From assembly GCF_009914755.1 (NCBI RefSeq), contig NC_060927.1: a DNA stretch of 64,000 bases; one strand, 5' to 3'. The position numbers and the translations under genes are program-made. Positions 26,621 to 41,220 of this stretch are shown piece after piece. The first letter of the stretch is position 1; each line of letters opens with the position of its first letter. This DNA is from the human T2T-CHM13v2.0 reference genome, Homo sapiens. The notes under the pieces are model-generated. The model ran no database searches. It worked only from the letters and a program-made list of their open reading frames with translations, and had not been told where the DNA came from.

Positions 26621-27799
26621 AGTGCCAGGGAGGGACCATGAGCTGTGACTTGGGGACCCCAACTCTACTGCCCCTGGAATGAGAGCTACTTCTAGGATAG
26701 CAGTGTAGGAGGGCCAGAGCCTGCCTGGCCTGGTCTACTGAACACAGCACAATCTTGGAAAAACCCACCAGTTGTATGATGATACAGCCACAAGGACCCA
26801 GGAGGTTGGAGGGTGTCTTCCTGCTGCCAGCGCCATGATGTAACTCAGAGGTGGGGTGATATGCAGGCTGTATCTATCAGCAGCTTGAGAGTGACATTTC
26901 AAGAATACCACCTTCATCCAGTCAGGCGTATGCTGAGAAACTTTCAGTGGCTCCCTACTCCTACGGGAACCCAGTCTGGCTCCAGCCCTCCTCCACCCTG
27001 TTCACTGATGACTCACTGCATAAGGCCTGTCATCCACGGTACGGTGACATAGGGGTGGGCTTTGCAGCCTGCCTCTGTACCATTTATCCTCACATCAGGC
27101 ACGCCCACTGACATCCTCCCTGCCTTTTAGTTTAGCACAGTTTCCGCCTCTTTCACGCAGCCCTCTCGCTGATCATCCCAGCACAGTCCCCCACCCCTCG
27201 GGTGCCTGTAGCCTTTGTCTGTCTGTACGGTGCATTTCCTAAGGATGTTCTTGGAACTCTGGGTTCGGCAGGTGGATGGAGCTGCTGCTAAGTGGGGCAC
27301 GAGGCCCCTCCCAGTCCACCTAAGCACCTCCACTGCTACCTGAATTCCACATCAGATTCCATGTTGTGATGAGTGTTGAAAGAGGATACTGTTTGAAAAC
27401 CACTGGTCTCTATAATTTATCATGTGCCTGCCTTGTGAGATACTGCTTAACTGCATTGTTTAAAAATAATTTAAATATGTTTTACAGTACTCCTTTTTTC
27501 TGATTTTTAGAAGTAATACAAGTTTGTTTAAGAAAATTTAGAAAATGCAGAAATATATGCGAGCAAATAAGCCTGCCAGGATTCCTACTTACTTAAGGAA
27601 TAGTGAGCCAGTCTTCTGTCTTGTAATTTGTTTGTTTTAAAGAAAATTGAGATTACTTGTCAGTACAGCTATAACCACTCATAATATTTAGGACATATTC
27701 TCTCCTTTTAATGTTTTTCCTTTTTAAAAAAAAATTGTTACTTTTACAAATAGCAATTATTTAAATTCATTTTTTAAAATAGCACAGGTTCAAATTCTA

Positions 27800-28600
27800 A
27801 AGTGTACAATGAAAAGTCTTGCTCCTACACCTGCTTCAAGCCATTCAGCCCAGCCTGTACATTCTATATTGTAGCTTGTCTTTTTGACTTAACAATATAA
27901 CGTTTCCCTCTGTCATTACTCACCTTTTTTTTTTGTTATTTGCACCCAACATACTATAAAATCAAAGCATTAAAATATGTGAGTAAATATTGGAAAGTTC
28001 TTCCTACTTCACAATAGAGATCACACTGTTAATTTCAGCAGCCATCTCCCGCTAGACCTTTTTCGGTAAATTTATGTTTTCCGAAAATTTACATATATAT
28101 GTTGGGATATGCTAGCGTTGGTTTTACCTAAGTGAGATTACACTGTATCTAGTATGCTGCTACTTTTGTTTTCTGTCTTTTGTTTTTAACTTGGCGATAT
28201 TTCTTGGAGGTTTGTCTGTCCACACCTAAGCCCACTTCTTTCTTTTTTTAAGGCTGAATCGTGTTCCATTGTTTGGACAAACTGTGATTTTCCAACTGTT
28301 TCCCTATGGATGAACATTTCAGTCATTTTCACATTTTTATAATGACTCCTAATGCTGCTTTGTACATAGGCGGTAACACTTTTGTAGGATAGAAACCTGA
28401 AATACAAATTCTTGGGGCAAAAGATGTGCATGTTTATTGTTTTGGTGGAGACCACCATTTCCCCTTCACAGATACTATTCTAATTAATCCTCTCACCAGC
28501 AGTGTATGAAAGAACTCATCCCCCTGAGACTAACTAACATTCATGATAGGTGAGAGGTGAATTTTTTTGGCCAATCTGAAAGGTAAGAAATGCCACTAAC
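27800..28600 (-). mobile_element. Old L1 (L1ME-like) 3' fragment, antisense
   Basis: T-rich; 'ccctatggatgaacattt', 'tctcaccagcagtgtatga'. Confidence 0.55.
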
Positions 28601-28604
28601 TCCC

Positions 28605-28925
28605 TTTTTTTTTTTTTTTTTTTTTTGAGACAGAGTTTTGCACTTTCATGCAGGCTGGAGTGAAGTGGCGCAATCTTGGTTCACTGCATCCTCTGTCCCC
28701 CAGGTTCAAGCAATTCTCCTGCCTCAGCCTCCCAGGTAGCTGAGATTATAGGTGCCCGCCACCATGCCCAGCTAATTTTTGTATTTTTAGTAGAGACAGG
28801 GGTCTCTACTAAATATAGCTTTGTCATGTTGGCCAGGCTGGTCTCGAACTCCTGACCTCAGGTAATCCACACGCCTTGGCCTCCCAAAGTGCTATGATTA
28901 TAGGCATGAGCCACCCACACCTGGC
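28605..28925 (-). mobile_element. AluS with an internal fold-back duplication
   Basis: poly(T) followed by antisense Alu dimer. Confidence 0.95.
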
Positions 28926-31413
28926 TGCCAGCTCATTTTTAAATGTATATTTCTTTCCATCCTGGTTTTCCAAACATATGCATAACTATACATATTGATT
29001 AGAATCGTGCCATGCCTTGTTCTCTGTCCTTTTTTCCTTTCACATTAGGTCAGGGACGTTTTCTCTGTTCATTGCATTCTCTCCAAAAGCTCAGTTGTTC
29101 AGGGTTGCTGGCCTGTTGAGCTATTGCAGATCACCTGGAGTGTTTTTTATTTTAGTTTATTTGTGTCTTTGATCTTCAAAGATCCTGGGAATGACAAGTC
29201 ATAGAAAAGAAAGGAGAAGAAACACCTCCTGCAGAGAATTGGCACAAGGAGTGTCCAGTAGACAAGAACCAAATGAAAATCAGAATTAGATATTTGCTCA
29301 CGGGCTCATCTCTTAGGTATTTGGCGGAGAGGTCCCTAAAATATCACCATGAGCTCTTGTTATATATGGATATTGTATACTCTGTGTTATATGTTAAGCT
29401 TGACCTGTTCCGTGCATTCTGCTATGAAAAGTACACAGCTTTGCTGTTGTTGTTTGGATAGAGAGATTATGATGTTTTCAGAGCATTTAATGTCAGTGGA
29501 AACATCCAGGAGTCAGTGTGGTATGATGGAAATAGCATTGAACTGGAAAGTCAGGAGAGCTGGCTTCAGACTCTAGTTCTTCCCCCGACTGACCGACTAA
29601 ACCTGGAGAAGACACCTAGCCTTTTGGGTCGCCTGGGGTCTGCGTGGCAAGGATGACCTGGGTGTAATGGGTTTGGAAAGCTTGGTGGGGGGTAGGCTAG
29701 CAGTTAGAGGTCAATTCCAGCTTAGTATTAAAAGAGAGCTCTCTAAGAATTGGCACTTTCTAAGATGAGACTGGCTGTATGTTGCCAGTTTTCAGAAATG
29801 TTCTGACAGGCGGTCAGTCAGCTCTCTGCAAACACGCAGACACTACCCCTACTGTCATGTGGCTTAGGGTCAGTCGCAGGAGACAGCCAGCCACCCAGGA
29901 ATTTCACCATGGTCATTTGATTACATAATGAATAGTGCTGAGAAGTGTCATGGAGGAGAAATACAGGGTAACTTGAGAGTGTGAGACAGGGTGCTAAACA
30001 AGGCGGGTGAGTTGAAGGGCAGCCTCTATGAGAAAGTGATCTTTGAGCTGGGATCCAGGGCATGGTCAGCAGTCAACAAGGTGAGAAAGTGGAGGCACAG
30101 AAGAGAGGCAGCATGCTGGCTGGAGGCAGGTTGGGGGATTGCTACTGGCTGTAGTGAGTCCTCCATTCATTAATCTCTTCATTCATACATTCATTCACTC
30201 TCTCAACAAATATTGGTTAAGCACCTGCTCTGGACCAGGCAGTGTTCTTGGCCCTGGGGATACATGTATAGGGAGCAAGACTGACAAAGTTCCCAGCCTT
30301 GTGGAGCTCAGTGTTGCCACATAGTAAATCATTCCCAAACTTGGTGCCTTAAAACAGCCGTCATTTTACACTTATCCTCATAGTCTGGAGGTAGACCAGG
30401 CCCAGCTGGCTGTTTCTCATACATGTGTCTCACACAGTTATTCAGGCAATAACTGGTCTCATTCTCTGTGTTTTTGAGCACTTCAGCCTTGGCTTCCAAC
30501 CCACTACCTGTCTCAGCTCACCAGAGTCCTCCCAAAAAGGCAGTCCAGTGGCGTTATGTGCTGGCTCCAGCATGCTCCTTGGGGTCTTACCTCCCTCCCC
30601 TGCCTCAGGCAGCTCCAAGAGTAACAGGTTTCTCCACCTCAGGTTCATTCTTGGGGAGCAGGAGTGATGCCCTTTTGACATTCCAGGCACCTGCCCAGCT
30701 GACCCAGGCCTGGAGTCCCCAGTGAGCAAGGCTCTTCTGTGGGGCTGAGAGATGTCTGGGTCTGGGAGAGGCATAATGTGAGGGCTTGAAGTGAGGCTGC
30801 ACTGGTAGGTGGGGCCGTGGAGGCCATGGGCAGTATTTGGTTGACATCCATGGAGCATTATGGGAAACCACTAGAAGACCAGAGATCTGATGACTCCCTA
30901 ATGGGAAGATTACAGAAGACAGTCCTTCTTGGAAAACAAGATTTTAAAATTAATCTGTTAGAATGATTTGTCTTATAAAACAAGGCTTTCAGGTATGTCC
31001 CTGAAATGCAAGTGTCCTCTAGGATTACTTGTCCTCTGGCTTAAAGAGAGGAAGCATAGATGTCCATCCTGATTCTATCAGTTATTATATCACAATCAGT
31101 GATATGGCAATCTGTGGTTCATTATCACAGAGTTGGTGGGTAGAGTCAACTTTCTATAACCAAGACTTCACATTCTACAACAAACATTCCCACCACTGCA
31201 ATTTCCTATAACACACAACAGTACCCAAGCAGTAACTCCATGCGCCTTGTAAGAGAACTACAAAAACAAACCTCTAAATAATACAGTATAGCTTTTTGCC
31301 CTATTTGAAAGACGTATTAAGTAAGAAACTCCATCTAGAAACTTGATTTTATTATGATAATACAGAATAAGTACTTGCTCAGTTAGCTGCAGTTTGTGGA
31401 AACTGGTGTGTAA

Positions 31414-31889
<476 letters not shown>

Positions 31890-32040
31890 TCTTAAGAGTC
31901 TTATTACCTACTTTATTGGCAGGGAGCTGGGACTCGAGGCAGTTCAGATTTCCTCCAAAGCTAAATGTTGTAATTGTGGGTAACAGTGCTCTTAGCTCTA
32001 TTTTTGCTCTACCTGTCACTTTATAAGTGCAAAGGAGCAA

Positions 32041-32472
32041 TATGTGTGCGTGTGTGTATATATATATATATACACACACACACACGTATATATATACACA
32101 CACGTATATATACACACGTGTATATATATACACACATGTATATATACACACACGTGTATATATACACACGTATATATACACACACGTATATATACACACG
32201 TGTATATATACACACGTATATATACACACACGTGTATATATACACACGTATATACACACACGTGTATATATACACACGTATATACACACACGTGTATATA
32301 TACACACGTATATATACACACACGTGTATATATACACACGTATATATATACACACACGTGTATATATACACACGTATATATATACACACACGTGTATATA
32401 TACACACGTATATATATACACACACGTGTATATATACACACGTATATATATACACACGTATATATATATATG
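32041..32472. repeat. Compound (TA)n(CA)nCG(TG) tandem repeat with ~30-34 bp higher-order unit; followed by GA/GT runs to 32511
   Basis: Read directly: tatacacacacgtgtatatatacacacg repeated. Confidence 0.97.
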
Positions 32473-34019
32473 GAGAGAGAGACAGAGTGAGTGTGTGTGT
32501 GTGTGTGTGTGTTTTGAGAGCTTGTTTTGGGATCTGAGTCAGAGAATCCTTGGATCTCAGCACGTGGAGGGCTCCGAAAGGTCACCCACATCAGCCCCTC
32601 TGTAGCATCACCAGCAGTGGCTACACACACTTGGCCACCTCCATGGGCAGGAGGGCTCATTCTATACTGACACTGTCAACCTCCTACTAAGTGAGACAGC
32701 CGTGTTCTCAGATTTACTTCTAAGGATGTAAAGTTCATGCCCACTGGCACTGGCAGTGATAACAAGCTACAGGGCTCCTGGTGCCCCACTCCTCTTCATG
32801 AATGAGTCATAGAATCACCTGCCAGTGAGAACAGGGTCTTGCCAAAGCTCTGTAGGTAAGTGTGATCCCAGCCTAAAAAGGCCTCATTGGGCAAAACGCC
32901 TCTCAGTGGCATGCGTGAGTGCTCCTGTCCATGAGTCCATCCAGAGCAAAATCCCGTTCCTATATAATATTGTTAACACAGAAATGCAGGCCTTGATAAC
33001 CTGTCCTTTCAGGTGTGCCTGATTTACATTGCACAGCTATGAGTCTCAGGACTTTGGAAGCTTTTTTTTTTTTTTTTTTTGCCTTTAAAAGTTTGACTTT
33101 TATCATTCAAGCCTTGATATTATGCCACTTGTACTTCCAGTCTTGCAGCCTGCCTGTTTAATCCTCTCGTGCTTTCTTTGACATTTTAAGAAACTTTCAA
33201 TTGACACACTTTGCTTGCAAAATTTTTTTAAAAACAGCTATATTTTTAAAGTGGCTTTGCGGTGAGTAAATCATGCCAACTGCATGTTCTCCTGTCTTTG
33301 TTGAGGTACTTATAGCTTCTCGACATTCTAAAATAATAATGCCAGTCTCAGATGTAGCTACTTTGAAACTTAAGAAAGAGCAAAGCAGTAACGTTGGATG
33401 GAACACAGACTTGTCTATGTCAAAAAATAATAATAATAATAACTGAAGCGTACATAAAAGTGAAAATCCTGGCTTGATGAGTTAGTTATTTTAGTCTGTT
33501 CTGGCCCTGAGAAATGATCAGATGCCTTGACAAGTTTATCCTTTGTAGAGTTGGAAAAAAAATCTCAAAGGAGAGAGTGGTTAGAACATGTAGTTCACAA
33601 AGGAAAAAAAAAAGTTTACTATTTCAGGGATTTAAAAATACTAAATCTGCAGATTATCAGCCTCAAATCCTTTTAGGAAAGAAATGGTAGCTAAATAATT
33701 AATGCTGCATATTTTAAAAACATGTAAAATATGAAACAAAAGGTCTGTTAGTGGAAGACGTACAGTCAGTAGGCTGCAGGAGGCTGCTCTGCTGTTTGTC
33801 TCTGCTGAATTACACCTGAGCAAACCAGCACTGATGTTTTTAAACATATAATTATGACTGTATGTGTTTTGATTATTGGATCTGAAAAGTTGTGGTACTG
33901 TCATCAGATGATTGTGTTTAAAAATAATTTTTTAGAATAATTGTGCATGTTGTCACACCTTCTCCAGTTGTGAGTTGTCACAAACATCCCCTTGCTCACT
34001 TACTCCTAACAGAGCCCTG

Positions 34020-34500
34020 ACTCTATTCAGGTCTCTGCCCATTCTATCCCTGCGTGGGCGTCTGCCAGGAGGTGCATCCTGATTGGTTCCACCCAGTCGT
34101 TGTATCCATTCCCAGTGTCAGTGATTGGTTTGAGTGTGGGCACATGACACACTTCAGCCAGTGAGATGCGATGGGCAGCCTGGGGGAGGGATTTCTGGAG
34201 AAGGCTTCTTTGCTTCCAGTAGAGATGAACAGAGTTATCCCTTCTGCCTTTGCCCATGGCTGAGTATGGCTGTGATGCCTGGCAGTGTGGCTGCCAGCTT
34301 GCGACCCTGAGAGAAGCCAGCCTAGTAAGAGGACAGACATGGAAAGCTCTTGGCTTCCCATTGATGCTTGGAGTTGCTGAATCAACTAGCCTTGGAGCTG
34401 CTGTCCTAATACTATGGTTTGTCATGTGAGAATGTGGATGAGTCTCTTTGCTTGCTAGGGTTTTCTGTTACCTGCAGCCAAGCCATCTTTATAGATACAT
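34020..34500 (+). mobile_element. Old MLT1 (MaLR) LTR
   Basis: 'cagtgattggtttgagtgtgggcacatgac', 'tgtgatgcctggcagtg', 'gttttctgttacctgcagcc...gataca'. Confidence 0.55.
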
Positions 34501-35519
34501 GAATTATTTAAGATAAAACAAAAACTAAAGTGCAAAAAGAACAAAGGTGACCACAACAGTGTCTCATATCATATCTAAGAGTGGTATTCAGCCTGGTCAG
34601 TGACGAGGTTTTCTGCCTAATGCAGCTCATGAACGCCTGTGCACTTACTCATTACACCTCCAGAAGGGAGCCCCATGAAGAGTACCAGCGTTCTGCTAAC
34701 AGCAAGTTCTAGATCGGAAATTGGTTTGTCTGCTTAAACAGAAGTGAAATAACAATGGATTAAAATGCTGTGAGATTAATTTCTCTCACCCAAAATGATT
34801 TGAGCTGGAAGGCAATCAAGGAATGGGTGGCCTTGCCCCTTGGGGTTATCTAGGGTCCTTCTCTGTCATCCACTAGGATGTTGCTTCCATCTGCATGGTG
34901 AAAGTTGCTCCTCATCATGCCAGTGTTTCAGAGCCTGGAATAGGAGAAGAAAAACGTCAGGATGGTCTGGGGCAGGCAGCTTCCTTTTGATCTGGAATGG
35001 CCATATTACGTCCAATCACGACTCATTGGAAGAACTTGACCACATCTCTACAACAGTTGCAAGGGAGTTTAGGAAATATTCTCTCTAGCTGGATGGTCAT
35101 GTATCCAGCTAAAATCCAGAGGGTTCTGTTCATAAGAGGAAGGAAGGAATAGACACTTGGGGCAGTTAGAAGCATCTGCCACATAGTATGTCTGCTACAG
35201 TGAAGAAGAACGTGACAAGGACAGATTGCTGGGTACCACTCTGAATGTGAAGCAAGGGTTTCAGCCATGCAGGCCAGCCTCCCTGAGCAGCTTGGAGCCT
35301 TTTGCCCCTCGGACCTGCCCTGGCCTCTCTTCAGGTAAATGAAGGGGTTTGAACCAAATGATATTTAAAACCTCTTCAAACTCTGACTTTCTCTGGCATG
35401 GTCTAGTGGAGATTCTATTTCTAGAGTTGGGGAGAGGGAACAAAGACAAGGGAGAAGTAGGGTAAGTAGCTCACTTGTGGCTGGTGGGTATTAAAACCAT
35501 CAGCAAAATCACTGCTAAT

Positions 35520-35720
35520 ACTTACTGAGAGCGTATCAGAGGCTAGGTACTGTACCATGTTCCTTACATATCTTAACCCCACGACTCCCTCCCTATACAA
35601 CCTATGAAATGGGCTCAGAGATTGTTCTCACTTCATAGATGAGGAAACTGTGGCTCATTATCACGTAGAGCAGGGCTCTAGACCTAGCCAGCTGACCCCA
35701 GGCCCATGCATTTAACAGCC
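35520..35720 (-). mobile_element. MIR SINE
   Basis: 'cttcatagatgaggaaactgtggctca'. Confidence 0.6.
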
Positions 35721-35875
35721 TATTGTGGGTATGACTGGGAAATGAGGTGGGATTTGTGGGGTGTGGCCAGATCATAACAGGTCCTTAAAGCAGGGCAAAG
35801 AACATTGAGTTTGGTGCTGCCCTTTATTCAGGGCCTGCTTCAGGATCAATCTGCAGCACTGATCAGCACACCCCC

Positions 35876-36284
35876 TGTGTTAGTCCATTTTGTGTTGTAA
35901 AGGAATACCCAAGACTGGGTAACTCATAAAGAAAAGAAATGTATTTAGTTCATGGTTATGCAGTCTGTAAGAAGCGTAGTGCCAACATCTGCTTCTGCTG
36001 AGGCCTCAGGAAGCTTACAATCATGGTGGAAGGCAAAGGGGGAGCCAGCGTATCACACGGTGAGAGCGGGAGCAAGAGAGAGAAAGAGGAGGTCCCAGGC
36101 TCCTTATAACCAGCTCTCACGTCAACTAACAGAGCTAGAGCTCACTCACCAGCAAGAGGACGGCACCAAACCATTCATGCGGGAACCACTGCCATGACCC
36201 AAACACCTCCCACTAGGCCCCACCTACACTGGGGATTACATGTCAACATGAGATTTGGAGGGGACACATATCCAAACCATAGCA
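35876..36284 (-). mobile_element. MST (MSTB-like) MaLR solo LTR
   Basis: tgtgttagtcc...gaggcctcaggaagcttacaatcatggtggaaggc...tccaaaccatagca; TSD ccccc/ccacc. Confidence 0.85.
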
Positions 36285-37441
36285 CCACCTCAGCTCCCCA
36301 CTGGCTTCCCCACAGCCAAGAGGCGGGTGTTACCACTCTATATCACATCTGGGCATGACAGTGACGCAGGTCAAATCACCCCTCACCACCCTAGGGTAGA
36401 AGACAGGCTGTTTTTCAGGAGGAGACCCCCAGGTGAGAGAGGGTCTGTGGTGCGGCAAAGTGCAAAATGTTCCAGGGGAGCCACGCCTCATGACTATTAG
36501 ATATCCTTCAATATGTTGCCCCTGCTGAGAGGGGCAGGGAGGCCTCTGGGCCTGTTCCTGTCCAGTATTCCCCAAGGAGGCCAGGTGTTGGGAGGAGATA
36601 GGACCCTGGCCCTAGAAAATAAGGGTAGGTTCATGAAGTGGGCCTGTCTTTCAAGCTGGCCTGCCTGGTGGTGTGGATCCTGCAATCAGACCCCTCTTCC
36701 CGCTCCATCCTGCAGCTCAGTCAGCTTAGTGCCCAGAGGGCACTCCAGGGAAGGAGTGAGAATCAGTGAGTGTGTTTTCTGGTCCCACTGATGGTAGGAC
36801 ACCTTGAGGTCAGTGGGGAAGCTGGCCTGGGTAGAGGGCTGTGGGTGCTGGGCCAGGCAAGCCCATCCCTTGGAGAAGCAGACCCAGACATGGCAGGGGC
36901 ACCCCAGCTCCGCCTGTGTGGCCTCTGGGCAGCTGGCTTTCCCTAGGCACAACACTTCCCTGCATGTATCAGTGTTGGATGTATCATCCCCCTCTCTGGC
37001 TCCTTTCACAACCCAATACCTCCCCACCACCTTTAACACCATCCCTTGAGTTCATTCTGTTTTCCTAAAATTCAGTCACAGATGCACCAACACCAATCTG
37101 CTCTTCAAGATGGAGTTCTGGCATTGCCACTTCAGAAATCCAATCTGCCGTATCCTAGCCTGGATGCAGTCTTCTTTCCTCCTGACAGCACTGGTTTGAT
37201 AGAGCCTAGTGATCTGTTTACTCCCTACTTCCCTCGCCAGACTCTACACTTCTGTTTTTAAAAAAACTTCTTGAAACTTTTCTAAAAAAAAAAAAACACC
37301 TTTAACTTCTGACATACACAGAAGCAGAGAGGAGCAGATAATGAACCCTCAAGGATCTGTCACCCTGCTTCAACTATTGTCACCATTTTGCCAATCTTAT
37401 TTCATCTATTCCCCTCAACCTTTTTATCTCCTCTGGAATAT

Positions 37442-37803
37442 ATATATATCTAATATATATTAGATATGTATATTATATATAATATATAAATTATGAATAT
37501 ATATATAATTTTTATTTTTTGAGATGAAGTTTCTCTTTGTCACCCAGGCTGGAACGCAGTGGCGCAATCTCAGCTCACTGCAGCCTCCACCTCCGGGGCT
37601 CAAGCGATTCTCATGCCTCAGCCTCTTGAATATCTGGGATTACAAGTGTATACCACTATGCCCGACTAATTTTTTGTATTTTTAGTAAAGATGTGGTTTC
37701 GCTGTGTTGGCCAGGCTGGTCTTGAACTCCTGTCCTCAAGTGATCTGCCCGCCACGGCCTCCCAAAGTACTGGGATTACAGGCGTGAGCTACCACGCCCG
37801 GCC
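37442..37803 (-). mobile_element. AluS whose tail has become a (TA)-rich tract
   Basis: Antisense Alu; TSD cctctggaatat at 37430-37441 and 37804-37815. Confidence 0.92.
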
Positions 37804-40769
37804 CCTCTGGAATATTTTAAAGCTAGTCCTAGGTCTTGTATCGTTTCTCCCATAAATACTTTAGTGCCTTTCAGCTGGGACCTTCCATATGACAAAAACT
37901 GTGTCCTGTATCCTGTGTCCTGTGTTCTTACCACTTAGAATAGTGCCTGGCACTTACTGGCTCTCAGGAAATGTTATTTTGAATTGACTGACTGAATGAA
38001 TGAGTGCGTGAACTGGCTTCAGCTTTTAGAAATGAGCCTGCAAATTAAGTGGAGAACTCTGGAATGTGAATAACTGCTGTGAACTCACAGCCCCTTCATC
38101 CCAGGTGCCTTCCTGGGGTTTCCAGGAGGCTCTGGAATCTGCGCATCTTCATCAGACTTCAAGGTTGGTTTTTCTTGGGCAAGCATCTTTGATTTGGCAA
38201 TTAAACTCCACTTTGACGTGACTTTGGAAAAGGGGAACTATTAAGATATAGCTTTTACCTTTGCTTGACTCATATTTTGTTCACAATTGCAGACTTGAAG
38301 GGTTTTTTTTTTTAATTGTAATGCTGTATTTACTTAGGCCAAAATAATTCTGACCAAAAAAATCAACGTGTAGAATACATCTGAAGCATTTTCTTTAATA
38401 CTACCTTTCTATTCTTGGTAATGGTATTTTAACTGCACAAATGAAAGGTAATTGTACATTTTCTTTCTAGCAGTTGTGGTCATGTTTAAAACCCTAAATT
38501 CTGTACACTTTGAAGGACAGCCTGGACCAGAGTTTGTCACTAGATGTGGTGTTTTCAGCTCTTACAAGGTGAAAAATAGGCCAAGGCTTGGGCCCTGGAA
38601 CTCTCTGGTGGTAGAACGGTAGCTTGTAAAAATGCCTTTGACGTGTTCTTTTTCTCCTTTTAATTCAGAAATGGTATTCTTCATAATGTAATGGGAACTG
38701 CTTATTAACTAGTACTATGTTTCAAAATTGTATTCTAAAATCTTTTCTTTCACAGCTCAGACTTGTAATAAGGTTGAATTGAGTTAGCTGGGTTTTCTGT
38801 TTTTTGTTTTGTTTTTGCTGTTTCATCAGGAATTCAGAGTAATAATTCAATTTCTAGGTTTCAGATATTTGTACCACGTGGGTTTAGCACAGGGGACTGC
38901 AGCTGTGCCCAACAGACATGTGATGACTGACAACTATTTTATGTTCAGCCTGGACATATAACAGTTGTTTACACAGAAGTATTTGTGGGAATTGGATTTG
39001 GTCATGATGCCATGTTGAGCCAAGAGCATCTTTTCCACAGAAGGTGATGGGACTTGAGAGATGTTTGGGGATTAGAAGATGTGGGAGCTGTAATCCCATA
39101 GCACCTCACCCTGCCGGTGAAGCAGGGACTCTTCCTGTGGATCTTATTTTTAGGACTGTGAGCAAGCAGGCTGTGGGGGTCCCGCTCTGGGCTCAGAATC
39201 CTGGCTGTCGCCTGGCATAGCTTGTATGAGTCTCACCAGATGTCTTGAGGAGCTGCTATAGACCCCAGGGGTAGGCGCAGAGCTCCTATGGAAAGAAGTG
39301 CAGGAAGATGGCAGGAAGGGAACCAAGGACTGTGTGACTTCTTGAGTGGCTGTAGGAGCCTCCTACCTACCTGGAGATGGAAAGGGGGAAAGGGAGCTCT
39401 GGAAAACTCAGGCTGGAGATTGAACCACAGTGCCAGAAAGAGCCAGTTGGCTGGTACCTCATCCTCTTGGAGTGGGGCCCAACAGAAGCTGAGGCAGATG
39501 TTCCAGGCTGGAAAACCTAGGGCAAGGCAGGGACACAACAGCTGAGTCAGCCCCCAGGAAGGCTCATGGTGGCAGAGGAGCCATGAACATGGTTGCAGAC
39601 GTGGCTGCCTACCCTGATGGATGGGATGGGGCCAGTGAGTAGGGGAGGGGCCAGTGGCCAGGATTTGAAAGCAGAGCCACAGCATGGAGCAGAAGCAATA
39701 GTTCAAGGAAAAGGGCGACTCCTTGTGTTTAGATTGTGGTATAGGTGTCTGTGTGATTCTTCCGGAGTGTGGAAGTCAGACATAGTACATATCTGCTCGA
39801 CCGCAGGGCTCTGCCTGTTGTGAGATTTGCTCCCCACCGCCACCTGCTCTTTTGTCTCTTATCCTCAGTCTTATTTAAAAAGCAGGATCCTGCAGCTCAG
39901 AGAGGTGGAGCCAGTTGTCAAGACACACAGAAAATAAGCAGCAGAGCTAGGAATTGAACACAGATCTGCCTATCTTTGGAGCCTCGTCCTTTACACCACA
40001 TTAGGGCTCCTTTCAGTCTCTTCCACTGAAGTGTCCCCAGCAAAGAAACACCCACAGCAGCAGAACTACGCACTCCACTTCTCATGTTGGACACAGGCAC
40101 GTGCACGTATACATACACACACACACACGTATGCGCGTGTGCGCACACACACACACCCCTACTCCTTGGGGTCCTAGCTTCAGCTGCAAACTTCTTCAAA
40201 TCCATGTGAATTTTGGATTCTATCATCATTTAGCCATTTTAATAAACCAAGACTAAAGTATGATCATTATCTTCAAGTTTTCTAGTGAAATGGGCTCCAA
40301 AAGAAGGCATCCTGGGATTCGGTGTTCCTCTGGCCAGGCTGTGTACATACACCCCTAGGGCTGTGATCACACCAGACTACTCCCTAGCACAAGTAGAAAT
40401 AATGGAAATGCTGACCATGCTAGAGGCTATCAGAGGAGAGCCAGAAGTGGGAGGGTGCAGACCCCAGAGAGTATCAAGGGGAAACGGTGGATGTTCCCAC
40501 TGTTCAGCAAATGAAAAGTCACAGATTGGTAGAGATGTCAGCAGTGCAGACTAGAAGCAGTCAGGCAGTTACACGATCCCAGCCATCTGGTTAACCTAAC
40601 GTATTTAAATCTAAAACTAAATATAGCTGTTTTCCCAAAAAGCACTCCGCATATTAAAGAACGTAGACAAGATGGAGATTTTCATGTCGTGCCTACAGAT
40701 GAGGATATTGAGATCTAGATCCTGGCTTAGAATTTCCTGGTGAAGATTCAAGGCATTTCCCATTTATTG

Positions 40770-41115
40770 TATCAGTTAGCTTTTGCTTTGTATCAAGCAA
40801 ACTGTCACCACAGTTTGTTTCAAGGGAGCCTCAGCAGGGACTGCTTACCTTGGCTCCATGTGGTCTCTCATGCACCAGCAGTCTGGCCTAGGGTCTTCAC
40901 ATGGTGGTCTCAGTGTTGGAAAAGTAGTAAAGGAAGACAAGCCCCAATGCATAAGTACTTTTCAAGTCCCTGCTTGTAACACATCTGCTATTGTCCCATG
41001 GCCAAAACAAGTTCCTTGGCCAAGCCAAAAGTCAATATAGGAAAAGACCGGGTAAGCCCATGGATACAAAGAGCATGAAAAAATTGGGGGCTGTTACTGC
41101 GACAATTTACCATGC
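40770..41115 (-). mobile_element. Old MLT1 LTR
   Basis: Starts tgtatcagttagcttttgct; 'ctctgctccatgtgg'-like and 'tgctattgtcccatggccaaa' motifs. Confidence 0.55.
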
Positions 41116-41220
41116 TATAAAACTGAGACTTATAGCAAGTAGCCACTGTTTCCACCAAATGCCCACCTGAAGACAACTGTAAACCATACTGTGGCTAATC
41201 CCTTATGAAAAGGCAGTGTC

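Noticed and set aside
32041-32472. CRISPR-like periodic array
   Set aside because: No unique spacers, eukaryotic context; it is a simple tandem repeat
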